From NCBI GenBank assembly GCA_051362555.1, contig CM120641.1, positions 11,470,001 to 11,534,000 of the forward strand: DNA of 64,000 nucleotides, given 5' to 3'. Made by a program: the position numbers and the translations under genes. The notes under the pieces were generated by a model, which did no database searches, was not told where the DNA came from, and worked only from the letters and a program-made list of their open reading frames with translations. Source of the stretch: Lingula anatina. Its lineage: Eukaryota; Animalia; Brachiopoda. This document shows positions 1 to 13,600 of this stretch, in pieces (positions within the stretch are counted from its first letter, which is position 1; each line of letters begins with the position of its first letter).

Positions 1-44
1 CATTCAGCACAACATAGCATTCTTATATATTTTTAAATACCCAC

Positions 45-2498
45 CATTGAGGAAGCAGTGACAAGAATCACTACTAAGATCAGTGTTACAAATCCTCTAC
101 TCAGCATTTGCTGGGCTAGCACGCCTTCCATGCAACTCTATAACAAAGTGTGAAAAGAAAAAAATATCATCATCATCATTATTATTATAATTATTATTAC
201 ATGCTCCTGTGGAAATATAAATAATAAGGTGCCACAAGCTTACATTATAAAACAGAGCATTATTATGTCTTCCACGTTTGGGTGCAGTCTTCGGGTGCAT
301 GTAGTTGTCTGCTGGATTCTGACACTGTTCTACTGCAGCTTCACTTGTGGTGTTGCAACAAGACCTGGGCACCAAAATATTTTCTGAAAAAAAAAATTAA
401 ATTCATGTGGGTTATATCTTAACATATAACCCAGTCTGTTCTTATATGAAGCAGAGCAAGAATGTATTACCATTACTAAGGCAATACATTCTTGAGCATA
501 TGGATAGCTCAGTTAAGCATATATAGAAATAATCATTTAGTGCACTTTTAAGTATTATTATAATAATATTAAAATATTTGGAACTTTGGCAATGAAAGAT
601 GGTCACACACTGCATTGTGTATGTAGTATGTACGTGTGACTACTTAGTATAGTTATATCCAGTTAGAAAAAACGTTGATCAAACTCACTGTTTGTCTGAC
701 TGAGATACCAGTGGGAAGATTTATACATTCCCCAGCCAGATCTCTGCAATCCACAGCACTCCAGCTGAATGAGAAGAATAAGTTTCCAAAGGAACACATT
801 TCAAAACAGGTTTCAAGGAATTAGAGCAGTTGTAATGTTCACAAAATGCTCCTTAAAACTAATGCAACACAACATTAAAGAGAAACCAATTAAACAGAAA
901 TTCAGAGAGAGGTGTGATGCTTCCACATAAGGTACCACCAGCCAAGTAATGAACCAAAGCGCATAGCAAGAGAATTTTTACAAAATGTAGCTTCAAAAAC
1001 TGAGAAAATAGCTTATAATAAAATATACAACCAAAATAGGTTTGGAGTACAATAAATAGAATTGGCTGCCATGACTTGTATGCATGAGGCTTTTGAACTC
1101 CACAAATTATCTTGGGGTTCTACACAAGTTTCTAGCATGGGGTGCAAAGGCGTATGCACCAACCAGGGAATAAATACTTCCATTCAACTAGTATATACTC
1201 CATGTGCCATTAATTATAACTAGTGTACTGTCCATTTCTCATGTGTTGGGAAATTATTTCTTTAAATCACTGTTTGTGTGTTTCTACCCTTTATTATTCT
1301 ATAACATACCAGTGCTTATTTTACCTTTTGTTGGTATTTGTCCCACAAGTCTGTCACCTCTGGATAATCTACATGACCATATCTGTTTATCAGTATGCTT
1401 TCTAGAGACTAGTTGTTCATGAAACAAACAGCATGATATTCAGTTTGTATTTTCAATGTGTACAAAATCAATTTTCTCCAGGCTGACAGGACAAAATGAG
1501 CATAATACAATATGCAAAATCAGAAGAAAAAAAGCTTTTTAAAGCTGAAAGCTGAACCCCCCCCCCCCCCCCATTTAATCAAATCTCTTGAATTAAATAC
1601 TTGTACAACAAAAAGCAAGAATATTATATTCATTTTGCAAATTTATCAGAAGTTATATATCCTTACTTGTTCCATGTCCACTCTTGAGAAGGCCAAAAGA
1701 ATACTTCCACATATTAGAAGTAAACAAAGAACAACCAAACAGCCAAAATACTGCAAAATAAGAAGAAATAGTGGCTTTATGACCTGAACATTGGGTTCAT
1801 TTTATAAAACTTGACCTGTATTTCAGAATATTACAAGTTACTGGCATCTTTCCTGTTAGTCAGTCAAATAGTTAATGAGAAAGTGCACTATGCCTAAATA
1901 CACACACACACAAACACACACACACACACATTAAAAAAACGTACTATTTTCAAATGATTTGACTTCTGTCCAGCACTAACACAAATGTTTCCCAGCAGGA
2001 AAATAGCCACAATGGCCACTGTCAGGGCCCCTACTGCTAGCATGCAATAACCCACAACTTGGCAAGACACCAAATTGTCTGTAATTGTGCCAACAAGTTT
2101 GTCTGGTGTAGAACTGTAACTGTCAACAACCATCCATATTCCTAATCCAGCAAGAAGAAAACCAAAGAGCTGAAGAAGAAATAGACAAATAAACAAACAA
2201 ATAAATATGGCATGAAACATTTTTAGAAATACTTTAGAAAAATTTCAAGAAATACTTTTAATAAAAATTGCATGAAAGCAAATAATATTTACCTTCCATT
2301 ATTCGATCAACAAGAAATATTTTTAATATCTGCCAATTTACCAGCTCAATTCAAAATTTAGAAAAAATGAAAGAGATCCCAAGGCAGTTATGACACATGG
2401 TCATAATTTTTTATAAAGTTTATGCATTACTGAAAATAACTTACCAATATCCAAAATGTGACAAAAATAAGAAAAACCCACACACCATTACTCTTCAT
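45..2498 (-). CDS. Tetraspanin (divergent), 3' end lies beyond the left edge of the window
   Basis: Frame-consistent GT-AG exons 2445-2498, 1945-2169, 1667-1750, 1325-1408, 689-764, 244-383 and 45-137. They encode hydrophobic TM1-3, then an EC2 with LECCG (CCG motif), VPRSCC (PxSCC) and a final Cys (FYN|SCMEG) before hydrophobic TM4. The start Met is uncertain. Confidence 0.85.
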
Positions 2499-4119
2499 GC
2501 TCAGAAATATCTTCTTAACCTACACCAGCATCAAAAGTGAAGTTTCTAGTGACTTGATTCCTGTCATTTTAAAATTGCACACTGTTGCTTGCTGATGTCT
2601 ACATTATAATCCTATGTGCACCATATCTTCAAAAATATTACACGGAATTATGCACCCTTTGCCAATTTAAGATTGGGTGGGAAAGCGCGTAAGGAATTTT
2701 CTCAATGGGGTGGGGCATTATGCAAAATATGCCACAAGAAAGATTTATAACATTTAAATCTACATAACTATTTATTATGGGGACAGGTAATGAATAGACA
2801 GTATGATGTGAGCATTCATTTACATATTAGGTCAATGTACATAGGGATGTCTACCCACGGTTTGATTTAGACTTATGGTTAAGTCTAAGAAGTTATTTTT
2901 CTTTCAATGTTTACATATTTCCAAATCTTAACTCTAGGATGTTCACAATTCTTAACAGTCAGGGTATCATTAAAAATAGAGATTAAACTGTGAAATTTTT
3001 AATAATTACTTCTTTCCTTCAAGGGACAGTCATGACACGTTAAAAAATTTGGGCCGCTCAGTTCAAAGTGATGTTTCTTGTAAAGTCTGTTCTACTAGTG
3101 CCTCAGAGCTCCCTGTCTGCAGGCTGTCTGATAATAATTGCTTTAAGACAGGTAACCAATCTAATCCCTCAGCTACCCCACTCTGCACACCTGTGCATCA
3201 GACAAGTCCTGTGCCATTAGACTAGCTTTCTATGGTGTGCTAGGCATAAACCAAGGCTTGATGAGGTCTATGTGGTTCAGTAAATCCAACATGACTGAGA
3301 ATAAACACATTTTAAAATCTCTATGGCTCAAATCAACAATCACAATCACAAAATGACCACAACTTGAGATTACAAACTTTACTTCTCTTGGATTTTTATT
3401 CTTTTTAAATTTGAGAAAAATACATTAGAGAAAAAAATGCTCAATGTCCCATTTATCACAATATTAGTTGGCATGTGCAGATGAGCTGGGATGAGCTGAT
3501 TGGTTCATAAGCTGTAACAGCCTTTTACGACATGGCATATTAAGCTTGCCTGTAAGCTATATATACAAAGATGTAAATTCTTTATGAACATGAATGAAAA
3601 TAGACACTTAATAATTGTTCTTAAAGCCCAAGGAATCACAAACTATGTGTCTGAAATTACAAAAAAAAAAAAGTTTGTTTACAAGGGTTTATTACTTTAG
3701 TCTTATAAAGCCCTTTTCATCTTAACAGCACCAACAATTGCACAAATCAATAAATAAACTGCTATGATATATTATAATTATGGAATGTTGAGATAACAGT
3801 TTTAACCCTGTCTTATAACACTTGTAGATATCTAAGGACTAGCTTTTAGAAATGTTCATTCCCTTGATCTTGGACCCATTACACTCCAAGGCTTGATACT
3901 ACCCTTCTATAATTAAATCTAGATCCCTTAGCACTGTACTCCATACTTGGTTGGGGAGTTGTAAGGACTCCCCCCCCTCCCCCCCTCCTGCTGTAGTTTC
4001 ACAAAACATACATTCACTTTTGTAAGACCTGTATACTCACATTTTCATAGATAAGTTGTTTTATGCCAACTAGGGGAATAACACTTATTCTATGATGTTT
4101 TTTTTTATGCATTTGTTAA

Positions 4120-4455
4120 AGCAATAATAACTCTTCGTTTCGGCCAAAAAATGAATTTTCCTGGAGTAAACAACAATTTTCCCATACTTACCAATGGTTA
4201 ATGTATCCATTTTTACATTCAAAGTTAGTCCCTGGTTTTTTTCTAAAAAGTTTGGTTTTTTGTTAAAATCACTTAAGAGATTTTAACAGAGTATAGACAT
4301 CAATGGAGGTCACGTGGTCTAAAGACAAGTTCAGATATCAGAATAAAAGCTATAACTGCTGTTTTTTGGTAAAACAGAATATATTATATTTCTATGAGTT
4401 ATTCACAAGGTTTTTACTGTGAAATATAGATATCATACGAAGAGTTATTATCCCT
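4120..4455. mobile_element. Non-autonomous TIR element (Kolobok-like MITE), copy 1
   Basis: TTAA|AGCAATAATAACTCTTCGT ... ACGAAGAGTTATTATCCCT|TTAA gives terminal inverted repeats with TTAA on both sides. A related copy lies at 39851-40130. Confidence 0.8.
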
Positions 4456-5693
4456 TTAATAACTGATAGCAAAAATGGCTCAGTAACATGATAATTACAC
4501 CGACTGAACATTTGTACAACAAATTATAACTTGTAATAATTTATTACCCAAAAGCCCTGATATACTAGCATCATAAGAAATAGAGCTACACACTGATTAA
4601 GCAAAAGACTAATTATATGCTTTAAATTGATATCAACTATAATATATCTGAGATACCATCAGCAAAAGCTCTGTGGCAGTAACAATGCCACTATTTTAAC
4701 TTTGATATCTTAACTTTGGGTATATAACAAAATACTATCTGAATAGAATGTTATAATTTGAATGGCAAACTAAAATCAGTGTCAAGCTTCATAAATGGCC
4801 ATGCTGGAGAGAGGTATACTACAGGTAAGTATTCCAAAAGTAAAGGTTGTCCTAACACCACTTTCTCTTACTCACAGAATATGTACAAAATATTTAATGT
4901 ACAGGCACTGAAATAATGATATAATGACCTAATTTACTTTCATTATGGTTCTGATGGCAATTTGTCATTCCAATGATACAAGAGCTTAGAGTTCAGTAGA
5001 CCTTGCTGTTCAGGTTATAAAAAACATGGTAGTATATAAACTAATTTGCCACTGGAGGCGAACATTTTTATCCTAAGAAAAAATATCTTGTAATTTATGC
5101 CCAAACTATTAAAGACCAATCTTATTCTTTTTTTTAAGTTGGAAAATGAAAAAAACATCTGCATCCAGAGGATCCCACTAAATGACAACAAAGGGTTTCA
5201 TAACATATGCAGTGACCCTGTCTTCTTACTTTTGGTCACAATTTTACAAGACATAAAAATTACTATCATCCAACCACTGAAATGTCCATTTAATTAATTC
5301 TTTTTTAAAAAAATTGAGCAATTATTTAAAGACTAGGATAATAACAAATTTCATTCCTCAGATTTTTCAAGCACCGAGTTTGCAGAGATGGCAAACAGGA
5401 ATATCAAAACCACAATTCAACAGGAAAAAAATTAGCCCTTTCTATGCTTCTTTTCTTCAAACCTGCTGACCGTGTAAACCACCAGGAAGCTGACCATTTG
5501 ACCACTGACCATGCCTTGCCAACCCAGGTTTAATTAAATCTTAAAGCAGAGTCCATTTAGAAATGAAGGTAAAAGTAGACTTCAAGTTGCCATGGAGCAG
5601 AAGTGGTCATTATATCATCATTGTCATGACAACACCAGCCACAAGTTTTCTTCAGTTGGTATGGTGTCTGGTTAGAGTTGTGATATAACAACA

Positions 5694-5988
5694 TCAGGTG
5701 TGTTTTGTCTTAAGTTTATATGGTGATGGTTTGGTGTCAGGATAGAGATGCGTCAGGACAAATAAAGCCACATCCTGATTGGACCAATAGGACGTGTGTG
5801 ACGTGATGGCACTGATGTATTGGTTCTCCATTTTTCCTTCCTTCAACATGTAATCCAGACGATACTCCAGCTCTGAAACAAAAAAATGTTTTCTATATTG
5901 GCATATAAGCACAAAGTATTCAGTTGCTCTTGATTTTGCTCTTAATTTTTACAGGTAAGCCAGTTTACCTAATTATTTTAAGCAGTCA

Positions 5989-6065
<77 letters not shown>

Positions 6066-6601
6066 CAAGCTTAAGTGTGGAACAGAGTGCTCAACTGTCT
6101 GGAGCATTTGTACACAATTAAAATAAATAAATAAATTACCATTACCCCCCCCCCCTTCCCATCCACCACCACTACCACCACCACCTACTGTGAAGACATA
6201 GACAGATGGACACTTTTAAGCTAATTACCTGTGTGTTCCATATTTCTCAGAACCTCATCAATACTAAGAGTTCCTTTGCTTTCTTCACTCTCACTTCTCT
6301 TCATCTCACTACTCATCTCCCTTCTCAAATCCTCTGTCATGTTACACAACTCTCCATCAAAACGTAGCTGTCTTGCATCTTCTTCCTCCTCTTCATCCTG
6401 TCCTAGCTGTGGTCTCAGAGAGCTGTCTGATGCATCCTTCTCTTTCACTTGTTTATTCAGGCCACTCAACCAGCTCCCCAGCTTGCCTGCCATAGAATGG
6501 ACACATAATATCAATGCACTAGTACTTCAGCTGTTACAGCACCTATGGTACTTTTATAGTTACATGGAAGCTGACTAATTTTATATTAATTCCCATTTCT
6601 C

Positions 6602-6662
<61 letters not shown>

Positions 6663-9600
6663 TGATATTATTATTATTACTACATAAATTTTAAATTGAT
6701 ATTATTATTATTACATAAAACAGTTTTGCATGCGTTTTAATATTATTATTACACAAAACAGTTTTGCATGTGTTTTAATACATAATTAATAAAATTTGCA
6801 TGTGCTTTGTCCTAATTTCCCCTAGTATTGATATAGAGTTAAAATGAGTCAAAATTATTCATCCATAAACTTTTTACAAAACAACCCAAGTCAACTGTAG
6901 GTGATAATCAAAACAGGTACACATCAGAGTAGACTTTTTGTTAACAATGCAAAGACACCTGCACTTACATATAATTTGTGGGACAGGACCAAATATCTTT
7001 TACTATTTACATGACTAAAAACATATCTTCTCCATTAGTACAAATATATATATCATTTCAATGAAAATCTACCTTTAATAGATTGTTTCTTGTCCTGCTG
7101 ATCTAACTCATCCTGGCTGCTGTCTTGTGGGGTTTCCTGTGACTGCTCCTTCATTTCCAATTGTCTCAGTTCTTCTTGCTTCTCTTCCCTGATACTTTCA
7201 GATTTACTGAGATGACTAAACTGTTGCATGTCTTTTCCTAATAATAATAACAATGAATTAATTTTCACAAACGTCTTAGTGCACTCTTTCTTATATTCTA
7301 CATGAAATAATTCAAAAGCTGTGGACATAAATTTTAATTTTTCTCTCCATATAATTGTTGTGGTACATAAAATTTGGAATGTTAAAGGTACAATGACATA
7401 AGATAAATTGTAGGTACTTTCCCTTCCTAAATGCAGATTATAAATAATAATAATCTGAATTTGTAGTATTCACCCAGGGACTTTATTTATTTATCAATAA
7501 AGGAATAAAAATGTACACAAAACATGTTAACTGTTAATGACAATTAAGATAAGTTAATCAAGATGTAATACAGTGATGCCTGTACCTGTGTCTTTCATAA
7601 TGGAATATGCTCTGGCCTTCAGGTTTTCATATGGGACTTTATTTGGTGCATCATGCTTGTGTACACGTAGTGGCAGGATGGTGGCATAGTGCTTCAGAAT
7701 TAGGGGCTCTAACCTATAGGCCTAGGGGAGAATTGTATACTAAACTCAGAAAACAACCAAGTTATCTATATGGAGCAGCTCATTCTACGAAAAAAAGAAA
7801 GAGAGAGAGAGAGAGAGAGAGGAGAGATAGTTAGTAGAGGTTATGAGTTAAGGGTAACTTTACATTAATATATATAGCCATGCTATGATAATGAAAACCT
7901 TAATATATCATAAAATATAATTTACAAGATAAGCAGTAAAGTTGATGATTTAAGTTCTTTAATTGGTAACTTACAATTGGATCAGCAGGATGAAACAGGT
8001 TAAAAACTCTCTTGCACAGACTTCTAGGCAGAAGATGGTCTTGGGTGCCATTTTCCTGGGGCCTCATGCCTCTCAGCGCAAGAAATACGGCTAGTGGAGA
8101 TCCAACGCAGAAAAAATTTTCCAGCTAAAAAGTAAAATGATGAAAATTGTCAAGATGAAATATCTTATGTGCAAACCAGCACATGAATTCAAAATATTGG
8201 CATTGTCATCTCTACAAGAATTAAACCTCAATGCCCCCCCCCCCTCTCCAAACACAGTAACAATGTATTTGTGCTGGCTTTAATAGCAATTAACAGTGCA
8301 AAATTCACGATCTTTTTTAAGCAAAAAGCAAGTTTTTCTAATATCCTAAGTCTTGGACATTTTACAATAGCCTTACATCACCAGTGTATACCAGTACATA
8401 GTTTTTATTATATTTTTCTCTAAATCCTTACCCTAAACTTGAGAGTGGGTGTCTGTACATTCTGTTTACTTTGGAGACTGATCAGCTGTAACTCAAGTGA
8501 ATTCACCCTGAAATACAGATATTACAAAACATGAGTCCATATAAGTGCATTTAAAACATTTCTTCTTGATCAAACAATAAAATGTCAAGATATTATTCAA
8601 TGTGTCATTAATTTGCCTCACCTGACAAATAAAAAACCTCTTCTTAAAAAGAATGACTTAATACAGACAGCATCTTATTACAGTTCCAAAACATTTGCCT
8701 TAGGGAGAAGTTATCAATCTGATTACCATTCTTTGACATAATTACCCCAAAATTAACTAAGAAATGATATGACTATTCAGACAATAAACTGAAACAGACA
8801 CATAATTATTAACTTGTTTAACTTAAAGGAATACAGTGTTGAAAAAAATGTGTTTAAGCTATCATTTGTGTGCACAAAAGTCATTTTTGATAAAAAAAAA
8901 AAAAACAAGTGATTACATTTTATTAGTTTTTACATAGATTCTATACAGGTGTTATTTTGGTTTAGTTTAGTTTAAAATACACTAGTGTGGTGGTGCTGTA
9001 AGGAAGTAGACTATAGAGTGACCTAAGCAGCATCAAAGTGTGTGAAGCCATTCAGGTTGATTCAGTTTCAGGTGCAGTTACTTCAACTCCTTACATCAAG
9101 TATTTTCACACAAAAGATGAGAAAAACCCTGAAAATGGATGTTATTTATAAACAATCAAAAACCAACATCACAGTTCTACGTTTACAGTTAAGGTTAGGT
9201 AGCAGAGCATGTTTGTCACACGCGCCGGACCTGTCAGCTGACCTGTACCTGTTTACTTCCGGCTTAAACAAGAAAGTAACCTAAGGTTTGGCAGCTGGCA
9301 TAGTTTTTCACACTGCCGCCTTCCAGGTAAGCCACGCAATTTGAACAGACAACAGACAAAGATTACTAGCAACTTTAATTGTTTTTCACACCTGTGTAAC
9401 TTACCCTGTAGGGACTACTCCAATCTTACAGTTACTCATTATCAGTGCTGCAGTAGCATGTTGAAAAAAACTTTAAAACCAGTATCGTGTTTACATTCAC
9501 GTTTTCAAAAATACACCTGATAATCCAACAACACTTCTTCTATAGACTGTTTTTTTCTTTTGGAGCACCAGAAGTTGCTCTCCTCTTTCTTTCCATGGCG

Positions 9601-10597
9601 CCCTCCCTCAAGGCACAACTTGGCACTGCTCTGGCATTTATCGTTGCATTTTTGTACACCAAAAAGTCAAATATACTAGGAACAGCATCATTTCTGAGTT
9701 TTCTCCTTGCTTTTCCACCACATAATTCAGCTTCCAGGTCAAGCAGGCAGCATTTTGACTTGAAGTGGTTGATACAGATTCTAGCATGTTTCAACATTTG
9801 GCTTGGATTTTTTAACTTGAAGCATTGTTCCAAATTTGATGTTCTGCTAGCTGTCTCCAAAGGTAAAACAAAATAGCTGATGTCTTTCTTATTGTATCCT
9901 TGATTACGGCACCTGGGTGCAACACAAGTTTGTGGCATGTTGTTTTTATGAAGCATCTATCTTTGGTGAACCATACATTTTCATTACAACACATGCACAA
10001 AGTAGTCAGTAGATCTGCCACATTTGACATCACTAGAAACCAACCAATCAGAATTTTTTCATGCAAATTCCCCTTTTCTCACTTTAATTTTTTGAAATTT
10101 AATTTAATTAATTAATTTTATTTTTATTATCATTATTACCACTGTCTTTGATTTATAGTATTTATAATTTTAATGAATCAGTTGACATTTTTTGTTTTTT
10201 AGGTAAAACAGGAAGTTTTAGTGTCCTGGGGCCATACTCTCCAAAGGTTTAACTTATAAATTCTTGTAACATTTTACATAAGTCTGACTGTTCACGTAAG
10301 TTGGCATTCTTTTAGATTTGTAATAAAGTAATAAAATAATGAGAATGCGACATCTGCCCTGTTTCTTAATTTTGATAAACAACAGCTATCAGCGTTTTAC
10401 TGGTCAGATATTTTCTTACTTCTTCCTGGCCTCCTCCAGCTGAGAGATCAGAGGACTGGCTCCATTGGCTTCCATAGATTTCTCTTCCTACAAAAAAGGT
10501 CTGAATATGTTTCTCTGAACACAAAGAGTTGTATGATTTAAAGTCTTTGAAAATTGTACTAATGCCACTGCTTGGACTGATACATTTCTTCATCTTA

Positions 10598-10633
<36 letters not shown>

Positions 10634-13600
10634 CAATGCTTCAAAATGAATGAAAGAAATGATACTTTGTTATCAACATTAATTTCATGACTGAAATATA
10701 GTTTCTAAATCAAAAAACCAGGTTCTCTGCAACAGCAATTTTAAGAAAGTCCATTGTATCTGTACATAAAAAGAAAGCACATGTATTTCACAATATCACA
10801 TCTTGTAAGTTTAAAATCATTTGTCATGCCACACTGATGTGCTGTGTTCTCTTTACTTACTATTACATTGGTCACATACTGGTCATACAGCTGAATAGGA
10901 TTCCACCCTGTTATAATATCATACATTATCACACAGCCTGTGGAAGATAAAAAACAAGCATAAACAACAATAAATCTTGCAAATAATACTAACAGCCTTA
11001 CCTTTTAGCGGACATCCCAAATAATGCACTTTTTTATTTATAAACACAATGATGCAATTCTATTTTGGTTTACTAATTTTAATTCAGCACTATGAAAACT
11101 TCAGTCTAGTAAAACAGTTACAATTGTTTGGTGAAAAACAAAGTTTATCATCTAGTGATTATTTCAACTGTCTGTGATTTACAATGCAATGTAAGGTCAA
11201 CAAAGATAAGTGTCTAGCATACTGACCTAATGAATGAGCTACTATAGAGATTTTTCCTCCAGTGCTCTCAAAGTATGGATGTCTATCTGTAAACATACTG
11301 TACAACCTGTTTAACTCTGTCTGCAGTCCTTGTGTAATCTGAAGACAAAAAACAAAGGCTGCAGGAGGGCAAGAACAGAACTGTGCCTATCGACACACTT
11401 CCACTACATTTTTGAAAAAAATTTGAAAAAAATTTAGAAAATGGGAAAATTAAATAAATAATTAAAAACAAAAACTTTGAATTAGAACTCTTAACTCAAT
11501 TAACTAGGAGGCCTGTCTTATTCAAGTGTTAAAACTGACAGCCGGGAGTGGCCGCCAAACAGCAGATTTGAAGCACTTCCTAAGTGTTCTCAGCAGTATG
11601 TCCCGACACAAACTAAATAACCATAGCAAAAGTGATTACAACATAATAGTGACAATGGCTGCATTCACAGCAGCAGATTAATTAAACCGAAGATCAAATA
11701 TGGAGACCCATTTGAAAGCTCGCCATCCAATCCCCTAATAGACACTATGGGGATTACACAACAAGCATTCAAGTGGGTCTGCCATATTTGATCCATGGAC
11801 CAGTTAGTCTGCTGTTGTGAATGTTGCCAATGTGGTCATCTGTAAACAATGTAGTTCAACATAACAGAATAAAACCCTGCTCTTGAGGATGTAATTCTTC
11901 CCCATAGCACTGTCAACATGCAGTTTAAATGGTAAGGAAGTTATTTTTAGTACAGCGATAATGATATATTTATATATGCAGATAGATAATAACATACCTC
12001 TGATCTGTAGAGAGGGCTAGTGTAGTATAAGATGTCCATGGCACTGCTGTTAAGAATAGTTCTCAATCCTTTGATTTTGTGAGGAGTGATCGACTCCACT
12101 ATATCTACAAGAAAGAGAAAAGTTAAGAGATTAAGAGAGGCATAGCCAATCTCAACAACACTCACCACCAACACAAACAGAGCTTCTCTATTAAACCATG
12201 TAATGTATCTGTGAATCTACAAATAAAAATATCAATCTTTAAACGTCAGAATCAAAAAAGTCTGATTCAAACAATTTGAGAAAAATAAAAGGAAAACATA
12301 TGGAGAGTTGCACTGGTTCTGAACATTCAGTTAGTTTAATGCTCACCTCCATCTAACTTCAGTGAAGATCTCCATTCCACTGGCAAAAACTCTGCTCTCT
12401 GTTGCCTGTCTTCCTCAATATGAGGGAACCATCTGGTTTTCAATTTACCAGCAACTTCTCTCAATCTAGAAGACAAGATATCAATTGAAAATGTGCTTCG
12501 ACAAAAATGCTGAAAGCTTCATGATATATTTGACAAGTAAGGTGTAAAGTAGGTAAAGTATGACCATAGCATCAAATTATCTAGGTGACAGTGGCATCTC
12601 TTTACTTTCTGCACTAAACATTTTATGTACTTCAATATTGCACTTATGCCAGGTGACACCCAGACAGAGTTGAAATCAATTTATATGTTAGGCTTGATTC
12701 ATAGAAAGCAATGAAGCACAACTGTCATAAAATCTAGCAGCAATTTCATCAGGGCTTTATAAATTATTTAGTGTGCACTCCAAGTCAAACAACTTTCATA
12801 AAATCTAGCAGCAATTTCATCAGGGCTTTATAAATTACTAAGTGTGCAATTTAGCACATGACATGTGCAAAAATGTGTTACATCTGCAACATATAGGCTC
12901 ACTACACTGCATAAATTTTATGAAAAGGCAATGAACATAAAATAAATATATATAATCTAAAGTAATTAAACAAGCACAAATTTTTACAAGTTCAGTTTTA
13001 ATTTGGTTTGGTGTAAAAGACCTCATTTACCACTATTGCCCAGTTTCATAAATTCTGGATTTTTACCACTGGATAAAATTCTTATCCTTTGGGCAGCTAT
13101 CCTGTGGGTAAATAATGTTCCCCAAATGCTAGATACTTATTTTCTTTCTTATTCAGTGGTTAGAAATGGGTACTATCCATAGGATAGCACTTTTTGTGTC
13201 AATGAAAATGGGTCCAGTTTTGTTATACAGTACTAAACACACTATTAAACTAAACTATTCTACTAAACACATTATTTTCTAACTGTACTTGGAACTTTTA
13301 TCAGTCATAACAAAAAAGACCAACAGCCTACTCAAAAAAGCCTACTCACTCTGCACAACACTTCACAATGCTCCCTGTGTCCATCTTCTGTCCTATTCCA
13401 TGGATGACAAACACTAAGTGAGTTATGTCTGGAGGTTTGTCTGTCCCTTCAGCTTCATCAAAATAGCCACGATGGAGTTTGGAACCAACTGAAAAGCAAA
13501 AACATATTTTTGATAATTTTGTAATTACCTCTATACTCATACAATTTCCCAAAAATTACAGAGGAGTAACCACAAATCAAACCAGGAACCAGGAAATTTT

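Noticed and set aside
5924-6121. Short ORFs with YIYI, CVCV, THTH or poly-Ser runs (also 26681-27222, 46573-46875, 6231-6578)
   Set aside because: These are artefacts of microsatellites or antisense shadows of acidic exons.
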